Assembly (NCBI GenBank): GCA_959601155.1
Contig: CAUGOU010000003.1
Span: forward strand, 46,162-110,161
Source of the DNA: Veillonella parvula
Lineage (GTDB): Bacteria; Bacillota; Negativicutes; Veillonellales; Veillonellaceae
Length of the DNA: 64,000 nt
Direction of reading: 5' to 3'
The notes under the pieces were generated by a model. That model ran no database searches. It had not been told where the DNA came from and saw nothing but the letters and a program-made list of their open reading frames with translations. Both the position numbers and the translations under genes were made by a program. This document shows positions 17,666 to 25,567 of this stretch, piece after piece; the first letter of the stretch is position 1, and each line of letters opens with the position of its first letter.

Positions 17666-18415
17666 TTATAGAGTGAACGTCATCTCCGTCTGCATACGAG
17701 CATCTGTTTTGGACTTTTTATCCTTGGAATCAGCATAACGAATACGCACTTCATTATTTACCTTAACGCGAGAATCATCAATTTTGAATTTCTTCATTTT
17801 TTCTTTGATTTGTTCATCTGTTAAAGCACGTTCTTCCGGTTTTGCTACTTCATCGCCAACCTTATCAAGGGCTTCTTGTTGATCCTTGGATATTTGATAG
17901 GTCTTACCAGATTTTTTAGCCTTTTCAGCACGCTTTTCATCTAGTTTTTGACGGCGCTCGTCAGTAACTTTTTTATCGCGAGCAATACGGTAATCCATTA
18001 CATCACGCATATTTTCTTGGTAAATACGCAATGCATATTCCCGATCATTGTCGTTCATTTGCTCACGTTTTGTGACTACCTCATCGATAAGAGGCATAAG
18101 CTCATCCTTTGTATAGCTAGCACCATCAAAAGTATATCCATGGGTATCTGTAATGGCACCATGTTTAATGAGCCTTTGTAACGCTGTATATGTCCAATCA
18201 TTAGGCGTAATAACATTTGAGTTTATATGCTGTTGTCCTTTACTAGAACTACTAACAGTCTCTACATCAGCACTTACACCATCCACCATAGGACGTGCAC
18301 TTGGGATGGCAATACTTTCAGCATGACTAAACCCAACAGACGCAACGAGGCACAATGCACTAATGCCTAACGCTCGACGGATACGATTCATTTGACGTGT
18401 ATGTTTTCTATTCAT
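17666..18415 (-). CDS. Secreted SLH-like domain / coiled-coil protein (OmpM-like N-terminal part without a porin barrel)
   Basis: Signal peptide ALGISALCLVASVGFSHAES. SLH-like NDWTYTALQRLIKHGAITD. A long charged helical region follows, and the protein ends after about 2 strand-like segments (VRIRYADSK...EMTFTL). It is 19 nt upstream of mntH. Confidence 0.5.
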   Translation of the reverse strand: MNRKHTRQMNRIRRALGISALCLVASVGFSHAESIAIPSARPMVDGVSADVETVSSSSKGQQHINSNVITPNDWTYTALQRLIKHGAITDTHGYTFDGASYTKDELMPLIDEVVTKREQMNDNDREYALRIYQENMRDVMDYRIARDKKVTDERRQKLDEKRAEKAKKSGKTYQISKDQQEALDKVGDEVAKPEERALTDEQIKEKMKKFKIDDSRVKVNNEVRIRYADSKDKKSKTDARMQTEMTFTL

Positions 18416-18590
18416 AAGAGTCTCCTTAAAATTACATTTTATACAATCTATTATATGAAACCCCTAGACATACGTCAACTCTATACCCTTACACACCTGT
18501 GTCATTTAATACTGATAAGGCCTCGGACTCACTCGAATCCTCACAAATTTTGGGCCTATATAAATAATATAACAAATCACTATATTATAC

Positions 18591-18621
18591 AAAAAGACCC
18601 CACATCGAGTGATGTGAGGTC
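18591..18621 (-). terminator. Intrinsic terminator after tRNA-Ser
   Basis: Arms GACCCCACATC (18596-18606) and GATGTGAGGTC (18611-18621). On the minus strand they are followed by TTTTTG. Confidence 0.7.
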
Positions 18622-18627
18622 TTTACA

Positions 18628-18718
18628 TGGCGGAGGATTAGGGATTCGAACCCTAGCGACGGTAACCCGCCCTAACGATTTAGCAAACCGTCCTCTTCAG
18701 CCTCTTGAGTAATCCTCC
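18628..18718 (-). tRNA. tRNA-Ser (anticodon GCU), CCA encoded
   Basis: Minus-strand sequence: GGAGGATTACTCAAGAGGCTGAAGAGGACGGTTTGCTAAATCGTTAGGGCGGGTTACCGTCGCTAGGGTTCGAATCCCTAATCCTCCGCCA. Acceptor stem is GGAGGAT/ATCCTCC. Anticodon stem is ACGGT/ATCGT with loop TTGCTAA. It has a long variable arm and T-arm TAGGG-TTCGAAT-CCCTA. Confidence 0.93.
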
Positions 18719-18768
18719 ATGCTTTACTGGGTAATCATATCATACCCAATAAGGCATTGTCAATCGTC

Positions 18769-19203
18769 TTATTTCAGCATAGATTCGATGAACCAGATTT
18801 GTTTTACATAGTATGCAACGTGATCTTCCATCATGCTTACGAGCAAGAAATCACCTTCTTCATCAGCTGCTGCACGAATTGCTACAGCTTGATCATTCAT
18901 GTATTTAAAATCCTTAAGAAGGATATCAATTACCTTTGCTTGAGGGATGTCTTCTTGTCCCAATTCTTCGATTTTAGTCAATTTTGCGTATTCTCCGGAA
19001 TTTACCAATGGAAATTGACCTTGCATTTTCACATGTTCTGCTACGGCATCAAAGTATTCAAAGGCTTCATCATAAATGGATTCCAAGTATTCATGAATAG
19101 ATTTGAATTGCGGACCAGTTACATTGAAGTGTAGGTTATGTAATTTTACATTCCATACGGAAAGATCTGCTAAATATTGATTTACTTGTTGTACGTTTTT
19201 CAT
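18769..19203 (-). CDS. dps: Dps-family DNA-binding ferritin-like protein
   Basis: 144 aa. LHNLHFNVTGPQFKSIHEYLESIYDE is the Dps ferroxidase-site region. Confidence 0.85.
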   Translation of the reverse strand: MKNVQQVNQYLADLSVWNVKLHNLHFNVTGPQFKSIHEYLESIYDEAFEYFDAVAEHVKMQGQFPLVNSGEYAKLTKIEELGQEDIPQAKVIDILLKDFKYMNDQAVAIRAAADEEGDFLLVSMMEDHVAYYVKQIWFIESMLK

Positions 19204-19302
19204 AATAAAACTCCTTTTTTCACTTAATTCTCAATTATAGTTTATTCTAAAAGCAGAACAAACACAGTTGGCTTCTACGCCATCAATTCGTTTATTTAAT
19301 TT

Positions 19303-19320
19303 ATAATCAATATTGATTAT
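19303..19320. promoter_or_regulatory. Perfect 18-bp palindrome, candidate PerR/Fur-family operator of dps
   Basis: ATAATCAATATTGATTAT is identical to its reverse complement. It lies just downstream of the predicted dps -10 element. Confidence 0.5.
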
Positions 19321-19326
19321 GTTTAT

Positions 19327-19355
19327 ATTCTACCAATAATGATTTTCCATGTCAA
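19327..19355 (-). promoter_or_regulatory. dps promoter (sigma-A type)
   Basis: Minus strand: TTGACA (19355-19350), a 17-nt spacer, then TAGAAT (19332-19327). Confidence 0.55.
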
Positions 19356-19491
19356 TATATGAATAGATATTTTTGTATAAAAGTTTAATGAAAACATTAT
19401 AACCATACTAAATCAAACATATCCCCAATCCAATACAATACATACCAAATCTAAATCCAATAATTCACGGAATCATGTTTCTACGAATCAT

Positions 19492-19531
19492 AAAAAACCT
19501 CTAACTACTAGTTAATCTAATAGTTAGAGGC
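19492..19531 (-). terminator. Intrinsic terminator of cysE
   Basis: Arms CCTCTAACTA (19498-19507) and TAGTTAGAGG (19521-19530). On the minus strand they are followed by TTTTTTATG. Confidence 0.7.
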
Positions 19532-19535
19532 TTGT

Positions 19536-19603
19536 ATGATTCTATATTCAATATGACTCTATATTAAAAATGATTATATATTAAATACGTTTCTATATTA
19601 AAT
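19536..19603. repeat. Tandem 17-nt repeat, 4 copies, spanning the cysE stop codon
   Basis: atgattctatattcaat atgactctatattaaaa atgattatatattaaat acgtttctatattaaat. The last unit contains the TAA stop (19598-19600). Confidence 0.8.
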
Positions 19604-20209
19604 ATAGTATTCTATGTAATTATCAGGGATTTTTTTCTCCTCTGCTTGTGCAGCGGTTGCATTGCGACTAGGTTTACGGACATACATATTTTCTGGATCT
19701 GTTTCAAAGATTACCATATCCTTAGGAATATCATGTTTGATAACGAGATTACAGCCAATCTTCGTGCGCGCCCCAATCGTAATATCTCCTAAAATTTTTG
19801 TACCCGTACCGATGAGTACATCGTCTTCAATGGTCGGATGACGCTTTACCTTTTTAGAAGACATCCCACCTAGTGTTACTTGATGGAACAAGGTTACATT
19901 ATCGCCTACAATAGCCGTTTCACCAATAACAACCCCCATACCGTGATCGATAAAGAGACCGCGACCAATCGTCGCACCTGGATGGATTTCAATGCCCGTT
20001 ACATGACGAGAATGGAGAGCCACACGACGAGCCAAGATGGGCCACCCCGCCTTATATAAACGGTGGGCAAAGAAATGCCAGAACAAAGCCGTAATATGCG
20101 GATATGTCCATATAACCATCCATACACTTGTGGCAGCTGGGTCAGAATCCATTACACGCTTAATATTATATTGAATTTTGCCCCATAATTCGCGCAAACC
20201 TTGCATCAT
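19598..20209 (-). CDS. cysE: Serine O-acetyltransferase
   Basis: 203 aa with hexapeptide repeats (GIEIHPGATIGRGLFIDHGMGVVIGETA). RBS GGAG is upstream. Confidence 0.85.
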   Translation of the reverse strand: MMQGLRELWGKIQYNIKRVMDSDPAATSVWMVIWTYPHITALFWHFFAHRLYKAGWPILARRVALHSRHVTGIEIHPGATIGRGLFIDHGMGVVIGETAIVGDNVTLFHQVTLGGMSSKKVKRHPTIEDDVLIGTGTKILGDITIGARTKIGCNLVIKHDIPKDMVIFETDPENMYVRKPSRNATAAQAEEKKIPDNYIEYYI

Positions 20210-20371
20210 AGTGACTCCATCTCAAATAACTCTACTTACATTCTACAGAAATATAGATATATCTAGTATACAACATATTTGGTCTATATTCCTATATATA
20301 AGGCTTTATATCTATATAGAACCTATTCTTATACCAATCCAAAATTCCGTATTGTATCTATTTAAAATCTA

Positions 20372-21286
20372 TTATTTAACGTATTCGTTGTTGCCGAAGT
20401 CCAAGAGGGATAAATATTTCTCTACTCCATCAGGTGCAATAACAACGATGTTCGCCTTAGGTAACTCACGAGCCATCCGTTTTGCCGCTACAATGGCCGC
20501 CCCCGCGGAAAGGCCAATAGAAATACCACTTTCACGCATAAAGGTTTGCACCTCGCTAAAAGCTTCTTCGTCACTTACAGTTTGCACGCCATCCATCAAT
20601 GTTTGGTCAAAGTTTTCAGGAATAAACCCAGCCCCAATCCCTTGAATTTTGTGAGGGCCGCCCTTACCTTCGGTAATAGCAGGAGATCCCGTTGGCTCTA
20701 CAGCAATGGCTTTTAGATTAGGATTATGTTCTTTCAATCGTCTTGTAACGCCTGTGAAAGTACCACCCGTGCCGATACCCGCTACAAATACATCAACATT
20801 CGGCACTTGTTCTACAATTTCAGTACCCGTCGTGCGGTAATGCATATCTGGGTTTGCAGGATTTACGAATTGGCCCAAGGTGAAAGCATTTGGATACTTC
20901 TCTAAAATTTCATTGGCCCGCTCAAGAGCCCCCTTCATACCTGTTTCTTTTGGTGTTAAGATGAGCTGCGCCCCATACGCCTTAATAAGCTCACGGCGTT
21001 CTTTACTCATACTTTCAGGCATGATAATCACTGTTTTAATATGTAAAATAGCGCCTACCATAGCAAGAGCGATCCCCGTATTACCACTTGTGGCTTCTAC
21101 GATGATGCTATCCTCATGGATGCGACCTTGCTCTCTTGCAGCCTGTAACATACCGAGAACGGCACGGTCTTTTACAGAACCGCCTACATTATATTTTTCA
21201 AGTTTTACATAAATATTGGTATTTGGCAATTGATATATCGGTGTTTTACCAATAAGTTCAGTTGTTTGGTTTGTTACTATACTCAT
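20372..21286 (-). CDS. cysK: Cysteine synthase A (O-acetylserine sulfhydrylase)
   Basis: 304 aa. KLEKYNVGGSVKDR is the PLP-lysine motif; SGNTGIALA and GIGTGGTFTG are also present. Confidence 0.9.
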   Translation of the reverse strand: MSIVTNQTTELIGKTPIYQLPNTNIYVKLEKYNVGGSVKDRAVLGMLQAAREQGRIHEDSIIVEATSGNTGIALAMVGAILHIKTVIIMPESMSKERRELIKAYGAQLILTPKETGMKGALERANEILEKYPNAFTLGQFVNPANPDMHYRTTGTEIVEQVPNVDVFVAGIGTGGTFTGVTRRLKEHNPNLKAIAVEPTGSPAITEGKGGPHKIQGIGAGFIPENFDQTLMDGVQTVSDEEAFSEVQTFMRESGISIGLSAGAAIVAAKRMARELPKANIVVIAPDGVEKYLSLLDFGNNEYVK

Positions 21287-21313
21287 CTAATTCTCCCTCT
21301 AGCGATAGATGAT

Positions 21314-21350
21314 AAAAATCGTCCTTAGGAACATCCCAAGGACGATTTTA
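21314..21350 (-). terminator. Intrinsic terminator inside the cysK leader (attenuator candidate; also ends the upstream gene)
   Basis: Arms AAAATCGTCCTT (21315-21326) and AAGGACGATTTT (21338-21349). On the minus strand they are followed by TTTTTATC. It ends only 28 nt upstream of the cysK ATG. Confidence 0.6.
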
Positions 21351-21416
21351 TATTGCACCTTGTTATTCACCATATACGGAGTATAACCGTTTATGTATTC
21401 CAATTAATACAACCAT

Positions 21417-21446
21417 ACTCTAACATTTGAATCATTTCATTGTCAA
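21417..21446 (-). promoter_or_regulatory. Candidate promoter upstream of the cysK leader terminator
   Basis: Minus strand: TTGACA (21446-21441), an 18-nt spacer, then TAGAGT (21422-21417). Confidence 0.45.
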
Positions 21447-21500
21447 GAGAATGAGAACGACTTTTAAAACCCTAAAAATACAGGAAATAACTAGCTTTAT

Positions 21501-22361
21501 CTATTTTTTTGTAAGTGCGTCAAGTACCCCATCCCATGTGATGGGTACCATTATAATCATGAGGGCCAATCCAATAAAGAAAATTGCTCCTACCAAGACT
21601 GTAAGACGAGGGATAAGAGATATAGCCATGCTACTAGCTAAGTGCGATACTTTAGTTATATCATGATGTAACGCTACATGCCCCCATAAGAAACCAGCAA
21701 CTACATAGGTGATAATATATGGGTCGAAAATGATTAGGGTAGTTAATTCATTATCAACATGCATAATTCGGTTAATACTCGGAGACACTAGTACATTTAC
21801 AAGTATAGCTAGGATTTTAAACCATACTAGACACACGATATAAGGCCACATTGTTTTTATCGTCATTCTCAACATATAGAGCAAGCCCAACAAGCTCGCT
21901 CCAAGAAAGCCTCTTTGACTCCCCATGTACCGCTCCATCCAAGAAGGCTTATGTTTACCTGCATCTACTTGGTCATAATAAAAGGATAAATCCCGTTCTC
22001 CATGAGCTAAATCAACTAGCCCTAACACTTGAAACAACACAAGCGAAAAGACTAAAATAACGCCTATTTGAAAGCTTTCACTAAAGAACATATCCATCAG
22101 ATCGAAATCAAGATAACCAATGTTCAAAAGATTACCATATACATCGTGAAACGCAATATATATACCATTCGTTACGAGCACATCTAGCACAAATAGGAGC
22201 AACACAAACATGATATATCCGTTCCAGCGAGTCCATTTACTTTGTTCTCTTAAATGAGTGTGAGCCCCTACGATTATTGATGCAGGTTGTAAAGACAAGG
22301 TCACACCCATCATAAAACAAGTAATAAAGGATGCGACCATTGTTAAATATTCGTATGCCAT
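21501..22361 (-). CDS. Polytopic membrane protein of unknown family, coupled to queF
   Basis: 286 aa with about 8 hydrophobic segments. Its ATG (22361) lies 1 nt after the queF stop codon. Confidence 0.5.
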   Translation of the reverse strand: MAYEYLTMVASFITCFMMGVTLSLQPASIIVGAHTHLREQSKWTRWNGYIMFVLLLFVLDVLVTNGIYIAFHDVYGNLLNIGYLDFDLMDMFFSESFQIGVILVFSLVLFQVLGLVDLAHGERDLSFYYDQVDAGKHKPSWMERYMGSQRGFLGASLLGLLYMLRMTIKTMWPYIVCLVWFKILAILVNVLVSPSINRIMHVDNELTTLIIFDPYIITYVVAGFLWGHVALHHDITKVSHLASSMAISLIPRLTVLVGAIFFIGLALMIIMVPITWDGVLDALTKK

Positions 22362-22362
22362 A

Positions 22363-22860
22363 TTAACGGTATGCTACGCGCTCAGGCTGCATGTCGTGGA
22401 AATGAAGGCGCTCTTTTGCCGTCTTTTCCCACTCAGTACCAGGCTTGCCGTAATTTGCGTATGGATCGATGGACAAACCACCGCGCGGCGTGAACTTACC
22501 CCACACCTCGATATATTTAGGATCCATCAACTTCATAAGATCTTTCATGATGATGTTTATGCAATCCTCGTGAAAGTCCCCATGATTGCGGAAACTAAAC
22601 AGATATAACTTCAAAGACTTGGACTCTACCATTTTCTTATCTGGCACATAAGAAATATAGATTGTGGCAAAGTCTGGTTGACCTGTCATAGGACACAAAC
22701 TTGTGAACTCAGGGCAATTAAACTTAACGAAGTAATCATTGTCAGGGTGTTTATTATCAAACGCCTCCAACACCTGTGGCGCATAATCAGTAGGATAATC
22801 GGTCTTGTGACCTAACATCGTTACCCCTTGTAACTCTTTTTCAGATCTGCCAGATGCCAT
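22363..22860 (-). CDS. queF: NADPH-dependent 7-cyano-7-deazaguanine (preQ0) reductase QueF, unimodular type
   Basis: Motif [22 protein letters not shown] and catalytic-Cys region [19 protein letters not shown] at 22860 (MASGRS...) has RBS AAGAGG. The track start at 22905 adds 15 unlikely residues. Confidence 0.85.
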   Translation of the reverse strand: MASGRSEKELQGVTMLGHKTDYPTDYAPQVLEAFDNKHPDNDYFVKFNCPEFTSLCPMTGQPDFATIYISYVPDKKMVESKSLKLYLFSFRNHGDFHEDCINIIMKDLMKLMDPKYIEVWGKFTPRGGLSIDPYANYGKPGTEWEKTAKERLHFHDMQPERVAYR

Positions 22861-22914
22861 AAGGAACCTCTTTCTATAAAATATAAATTCTGCGAAATCA
22901 TTCAATATAAATAA

Positions 22915-22923
22915 ATTATATCA
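22915..22923 (-). promoter_or_regulatory. Extended -10 element (TGATATAAT) upstream of queF
   Basis: Minus-strand TGATATAAT lies about 55 nt upstream of the queF ATG. I saw no clear -35 element. Confidence 0.35.
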
Positions 22924-23012
22924 TACGTAGTGCTAAAAAAGTCCTCCTCCAGTTCTAGTTAAACAGTTAGTAGCAACTAATGCATCTAATAACATGCGCT
23001 CAAATATCAAAT

Positions 23013-23094
23013 CCACAAAAACTAAAAGGACACTATGGCTCCACCCATTCAGTAATACCGCTCACTGAAGATTAGACTATAGCGTCCTTTTTTA
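23013..23094 (-). terminator. Structured terminator after the toxin/immunity pair
   Basis: Outer stem AAAAGGACACTAT (23024-23036) with ACTATAGCGTCCTTTT (23077-23092). An inner hairpin TTCAGT...ACTGAA is enclosed. On the minus strand it is followed by TTTTAGTTTTTG. Confidence 0.6.
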
Positions 23095-23162
23095 GATTCA
23101 TATACCTTATATTAGCATTATACGTTAATCAATAGAACCTGCTATATGTACGGTCAGAATAT

Positions 23163-23504
23163 CTAATAATAGGTCAAAATATATAAATATATGTATAAAG
23201 CTACTAGAAATAACCAAACATATACGCCAGCTTTAAAGTTAAACTGATATTTTTCTACTTTATCACTTTCAAACTCATTATTTTTAAGCATAAAGTACAT
23301 TCCAACTAAAGAAATCCCCATACAAAATATCCACCAAAACAACATAGTAAATGGAGATATTAAATTACGTATGAAAAATATTCCAAACCCGAGTACTAAG
23401 CTAAAAGTATAGATAATTCGAGCTAAGCTAAGCTTACCTTTATGCGTAATAAGTTTGTATATGAGGAATATAATACCAAGTATTATAATCAGATCTTGAT
23501 ACAT
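23163..23504 (-). CDS. Small membrane protein, candidate immunity protein for the upstream toxin domain
   Basis: 113 aa with 3-4 hydrophobic helices. Its ATG overlaps the toxin stop (TAATG, 23502-23506). It is AT-rich like the toxin gene. Confidence 0.55.
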   Translation of the reverse strand: MYQDLIIILGIIFLIYKLITHKGKLSLARIIYTFSLVLGFGIFFIRNLISPFTMLFWWIFCMGISLVGMYFMLKNNEFESDKVEKYQFNFKAGVYVWLFLVALYIYLYILTYY

Positions 23505-25567
23505 TACTTATCTACATCCTTTTTCAAATTAAATTTAATTTCATCTTTAATGCGATCGCCAAATGTTGCACCAGCAACACCAACAGCAAAAGCTCCTACA
23601 GGACCAGCACCACTTCCTACAAGTCCGCCACCTAATCCAGTAGCTACAGGAATTAAATCAGCTCCCCAGGCCTTTGCTAGTTCACGCCCACTGTATACTT
23701 GATAGTCCATATATAAGTCCTTAGCTAAATAACCAATTAAAACAGGTCCTCCAGTTCGAGAAACAGTACGTGCAAATTTTGATGCCTTTTCAGCATAATG
23801 AACATATCCAACCCATGGTTGATTTCCTACTTCAGATAGCATATTTTGAGCAACAGACTTGCCTAAATCATCTTTAGTCCAAACAAATCCAGGTTTAATT
23901 ATAGTCTTAGGAGTTATATTTTCATTACGCTTAACAAAGCCTAATTTCTCTCTATCCAACGGAGTAAGATTTTTGTCATAATATCGTCTAATTCCTATCG
24001 ATTTAAATATAGAGCTTCGTCCATTATGTGGTAACCCAAAAGTTTTAAATGATGATTTATAATCTCTATACCCATTTTCATTACGATCTAAGGTTGGTAA
24101 ATTACCCATTTTAAAATAATACCCATGCCGTGCAAACAAAGCTCTTACAGCATTATAATACTCTGATACCTTACTAGGATTATTAACACCGACTTCATCC
24201 TTAATTATTTTATTGTGTAATACATACATCTCATTAAGAATTTCACGAGCTTGTTGAAAATAAATTTCTTTCCACTTTGCGTCTATTGCTTCGCGCTCTT
24301 CATTACTTTTTGCTTTTGAATATTCCTGTTTATATAATTTTATTTGCTCATGTGTCAAATAATTATTCTGTGTAGCAGATAATGAAATACCAGAACCCAA
24401 TGAAGAGTATGAAACTGTATTACCTAATATTGCACTAGCAATTTTATATACATCAGAATTATCAACATACTTACCATTAGCGTCTACCGTACTATTAGGA
24501 TGTTTAGCTAATTCTTTAGCAATAGCTCCTACCATCACCTCATTAGCACTAGATACTGTAAACCCTTCTAAGCTAGAGCCTCCAGCCATATTAGAGACTA
24601 CTGCACCGAAACCGCCATGTAAGGCAACTTTATAAATACCGCCATCTTTCCATTTATCAGCTTCTTTTTGGTATCGTTTTTTTAGAGCTTCATCAGTAGT
24701 AGTGGCGGCTTTTTCTTCATACTTCTGAGCTTGCTTCATGGCTATATCCCCAATTAATTTAAAACCTTCATCAGATACAGCATTAACGTATTCCATACGC
24801 TCTTTTACATCAGCCTTATCAAATATTGGTTTAATACTATTGAGTGCGTCTTCAGTATCTCTGTTAATAGTAGTAAGAGGTTTACCCTCTACTTCTACTA
24901 ATATAGTATCACTAATAGCAGATTTCGTGGTAGATTGGGCCTCATCTGATACAGGAATAGAGACTACTGGAGATAGCCCTAACGGGTTGATTTTACCGAG
25001 AATACCTTTTGCTGTCAATCCAGATGTATTCATGGCTAAACCAGATTTCTTAGCCTTATAAGATGCTTCATTATGAAGGTCTTCCATAACTAGAGATTTG
25101 GTAGATAGCTTATTTTTTTCAGGTGTAGCCTTACTAGTTATAGTAGCACCTTTTAATGTTGTCGTATTGCCAACAGTAATATTTACACCATCATTACCTG
25201 CATAAATACCAGATTGATCTGTAACACTTTTATAAGTACTATCAATATTACCTTTTACATTAACACCATTAATCGTAGGTTGAGATATAAAGTTTGCGCC
25301 AGAGATAGAAATACCCTTGTTCTTAGATGTTTCATGATAGATTCGACTGTCTTGCAAGCTCTCTACAGTCAGATTATTACCTACTTTCGCCGTTACACCT
25401 CGTCCAGAGATAGTAGAACCGATAAGGTTAGTATCATTGCCACTTTCGATAGATACGTTATTAGTACCTACAACATGTGTCCCTGTATGAGTAGTAGTAT
25501 CTTCTATGCCATTTTCTGACCCTTTATAAGCGGATGCCGACCAGCCTACGAGCCCACCAGTTCTCAT
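23504..25567 (-). CDS. 5'-truncated filamentous-haemagglutinin / CdiA-type exoprotein fragment: repeats, pre-toxin region, TQNN boundary and a novel C-terminal domain. The open frame actually extends to 25774
   Basis: FHA-type repeats (VTAKVGNNLTVESLQDS, GVNITVGNTTTLKGATITS). Conserved pre-toxin segments (DLHNEASYKAKKSG, RDTEDALNSIKPIFDKADVKERMEY, ALHGGFGAVVSNMAGG). VENN-like TQNN at 24362-24373. C-terminal glycine zipper ATGLGGGLVGSGAGPVGAFAVGVAGATFG. I found no signal peptide, TPS domain or RBS. Confidence 0.7.
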   Translation of the reverse strand: MRTGGLVGWSASAYKGSENGIEDTTTHTGTHVVGTNNVSIESGNDTNLIGSTISGRGVTAKVGNNLTVESLQDSRIYHETSKNKGISISGANFISQPTINGVNVKGNIDSTYKSVTDQSGIYAGNDGVNITVGNTTTLKGATITSKATPEKNKLSTKSLVMEDLHNEASYKAKKSGLAMNTSGLTAKGILGKINPLGLSPVVSIPVSDEAQSTTKSAISDTILVEVEGKPLTTINRDTEDALNSIKPIFDKADVKERMEYVNAVSDEGFKLIGDIAMKQAQKYEEKAATTTDEALKKRYQKEADKWKDGGIYKVALHGGFGAVVSNMAGGSSLEGFTVSSANEVMVGAIAKELAKHPNSTVDANGKYVDNSDVYKIASAILGNTVSYSSLGSGISLSATQNNYLTHEQIKLYKQEYSKAKSNEEREAIDAKWKEIYFQQAREILNEMYVLHNKIIKDEVGVNNPSKVSEYYNAVRALFARHGYYFKMGNLPTLDRNENGYRDYKSSFKTFGLPHNGRSSIFKSIGIRRYYDKNLTPLDREKLGFVKRNENITPKTIIKPGFVWTKDDLGKSVAQNMLSEVGNQPWVGYVHYAEKASKFARTVSRTGGPVLIGYLAKDLYMDYQVYSGRELAKAWGADLIPVATGLGGGLVGSGAGPVGAFAVGVAGATFGDRIKDEIKFNLKKDVDK

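Noticed and set aside
18392-18712. A 106-aa plus-strand ORF.
   Set aside because: It overlaps the complement of tRNA-Ser and its terminator. The tRNA cloverleaf explains the sequence.
21287-21500. T-box or SAM (S-box) riboswitch in the cysK leader.
   Set aside because: There is no T-box consensus (no GGTGGTACCGCG-like element), no specifier/AG-bulge arrangement and no SAM-I four-way junction core. The leader of about 120 nt is too short for a T-box.
22861-22960. preQ1 riboswitch upstream of queF.
   Set aside because: The 5' UTR (TTATATTGAATGATTTCGCAGAATTTATATTTTATAGAAAGAGGTTCCTT) lacks the conserved preQ1-I stem-loop and A-rich tail.
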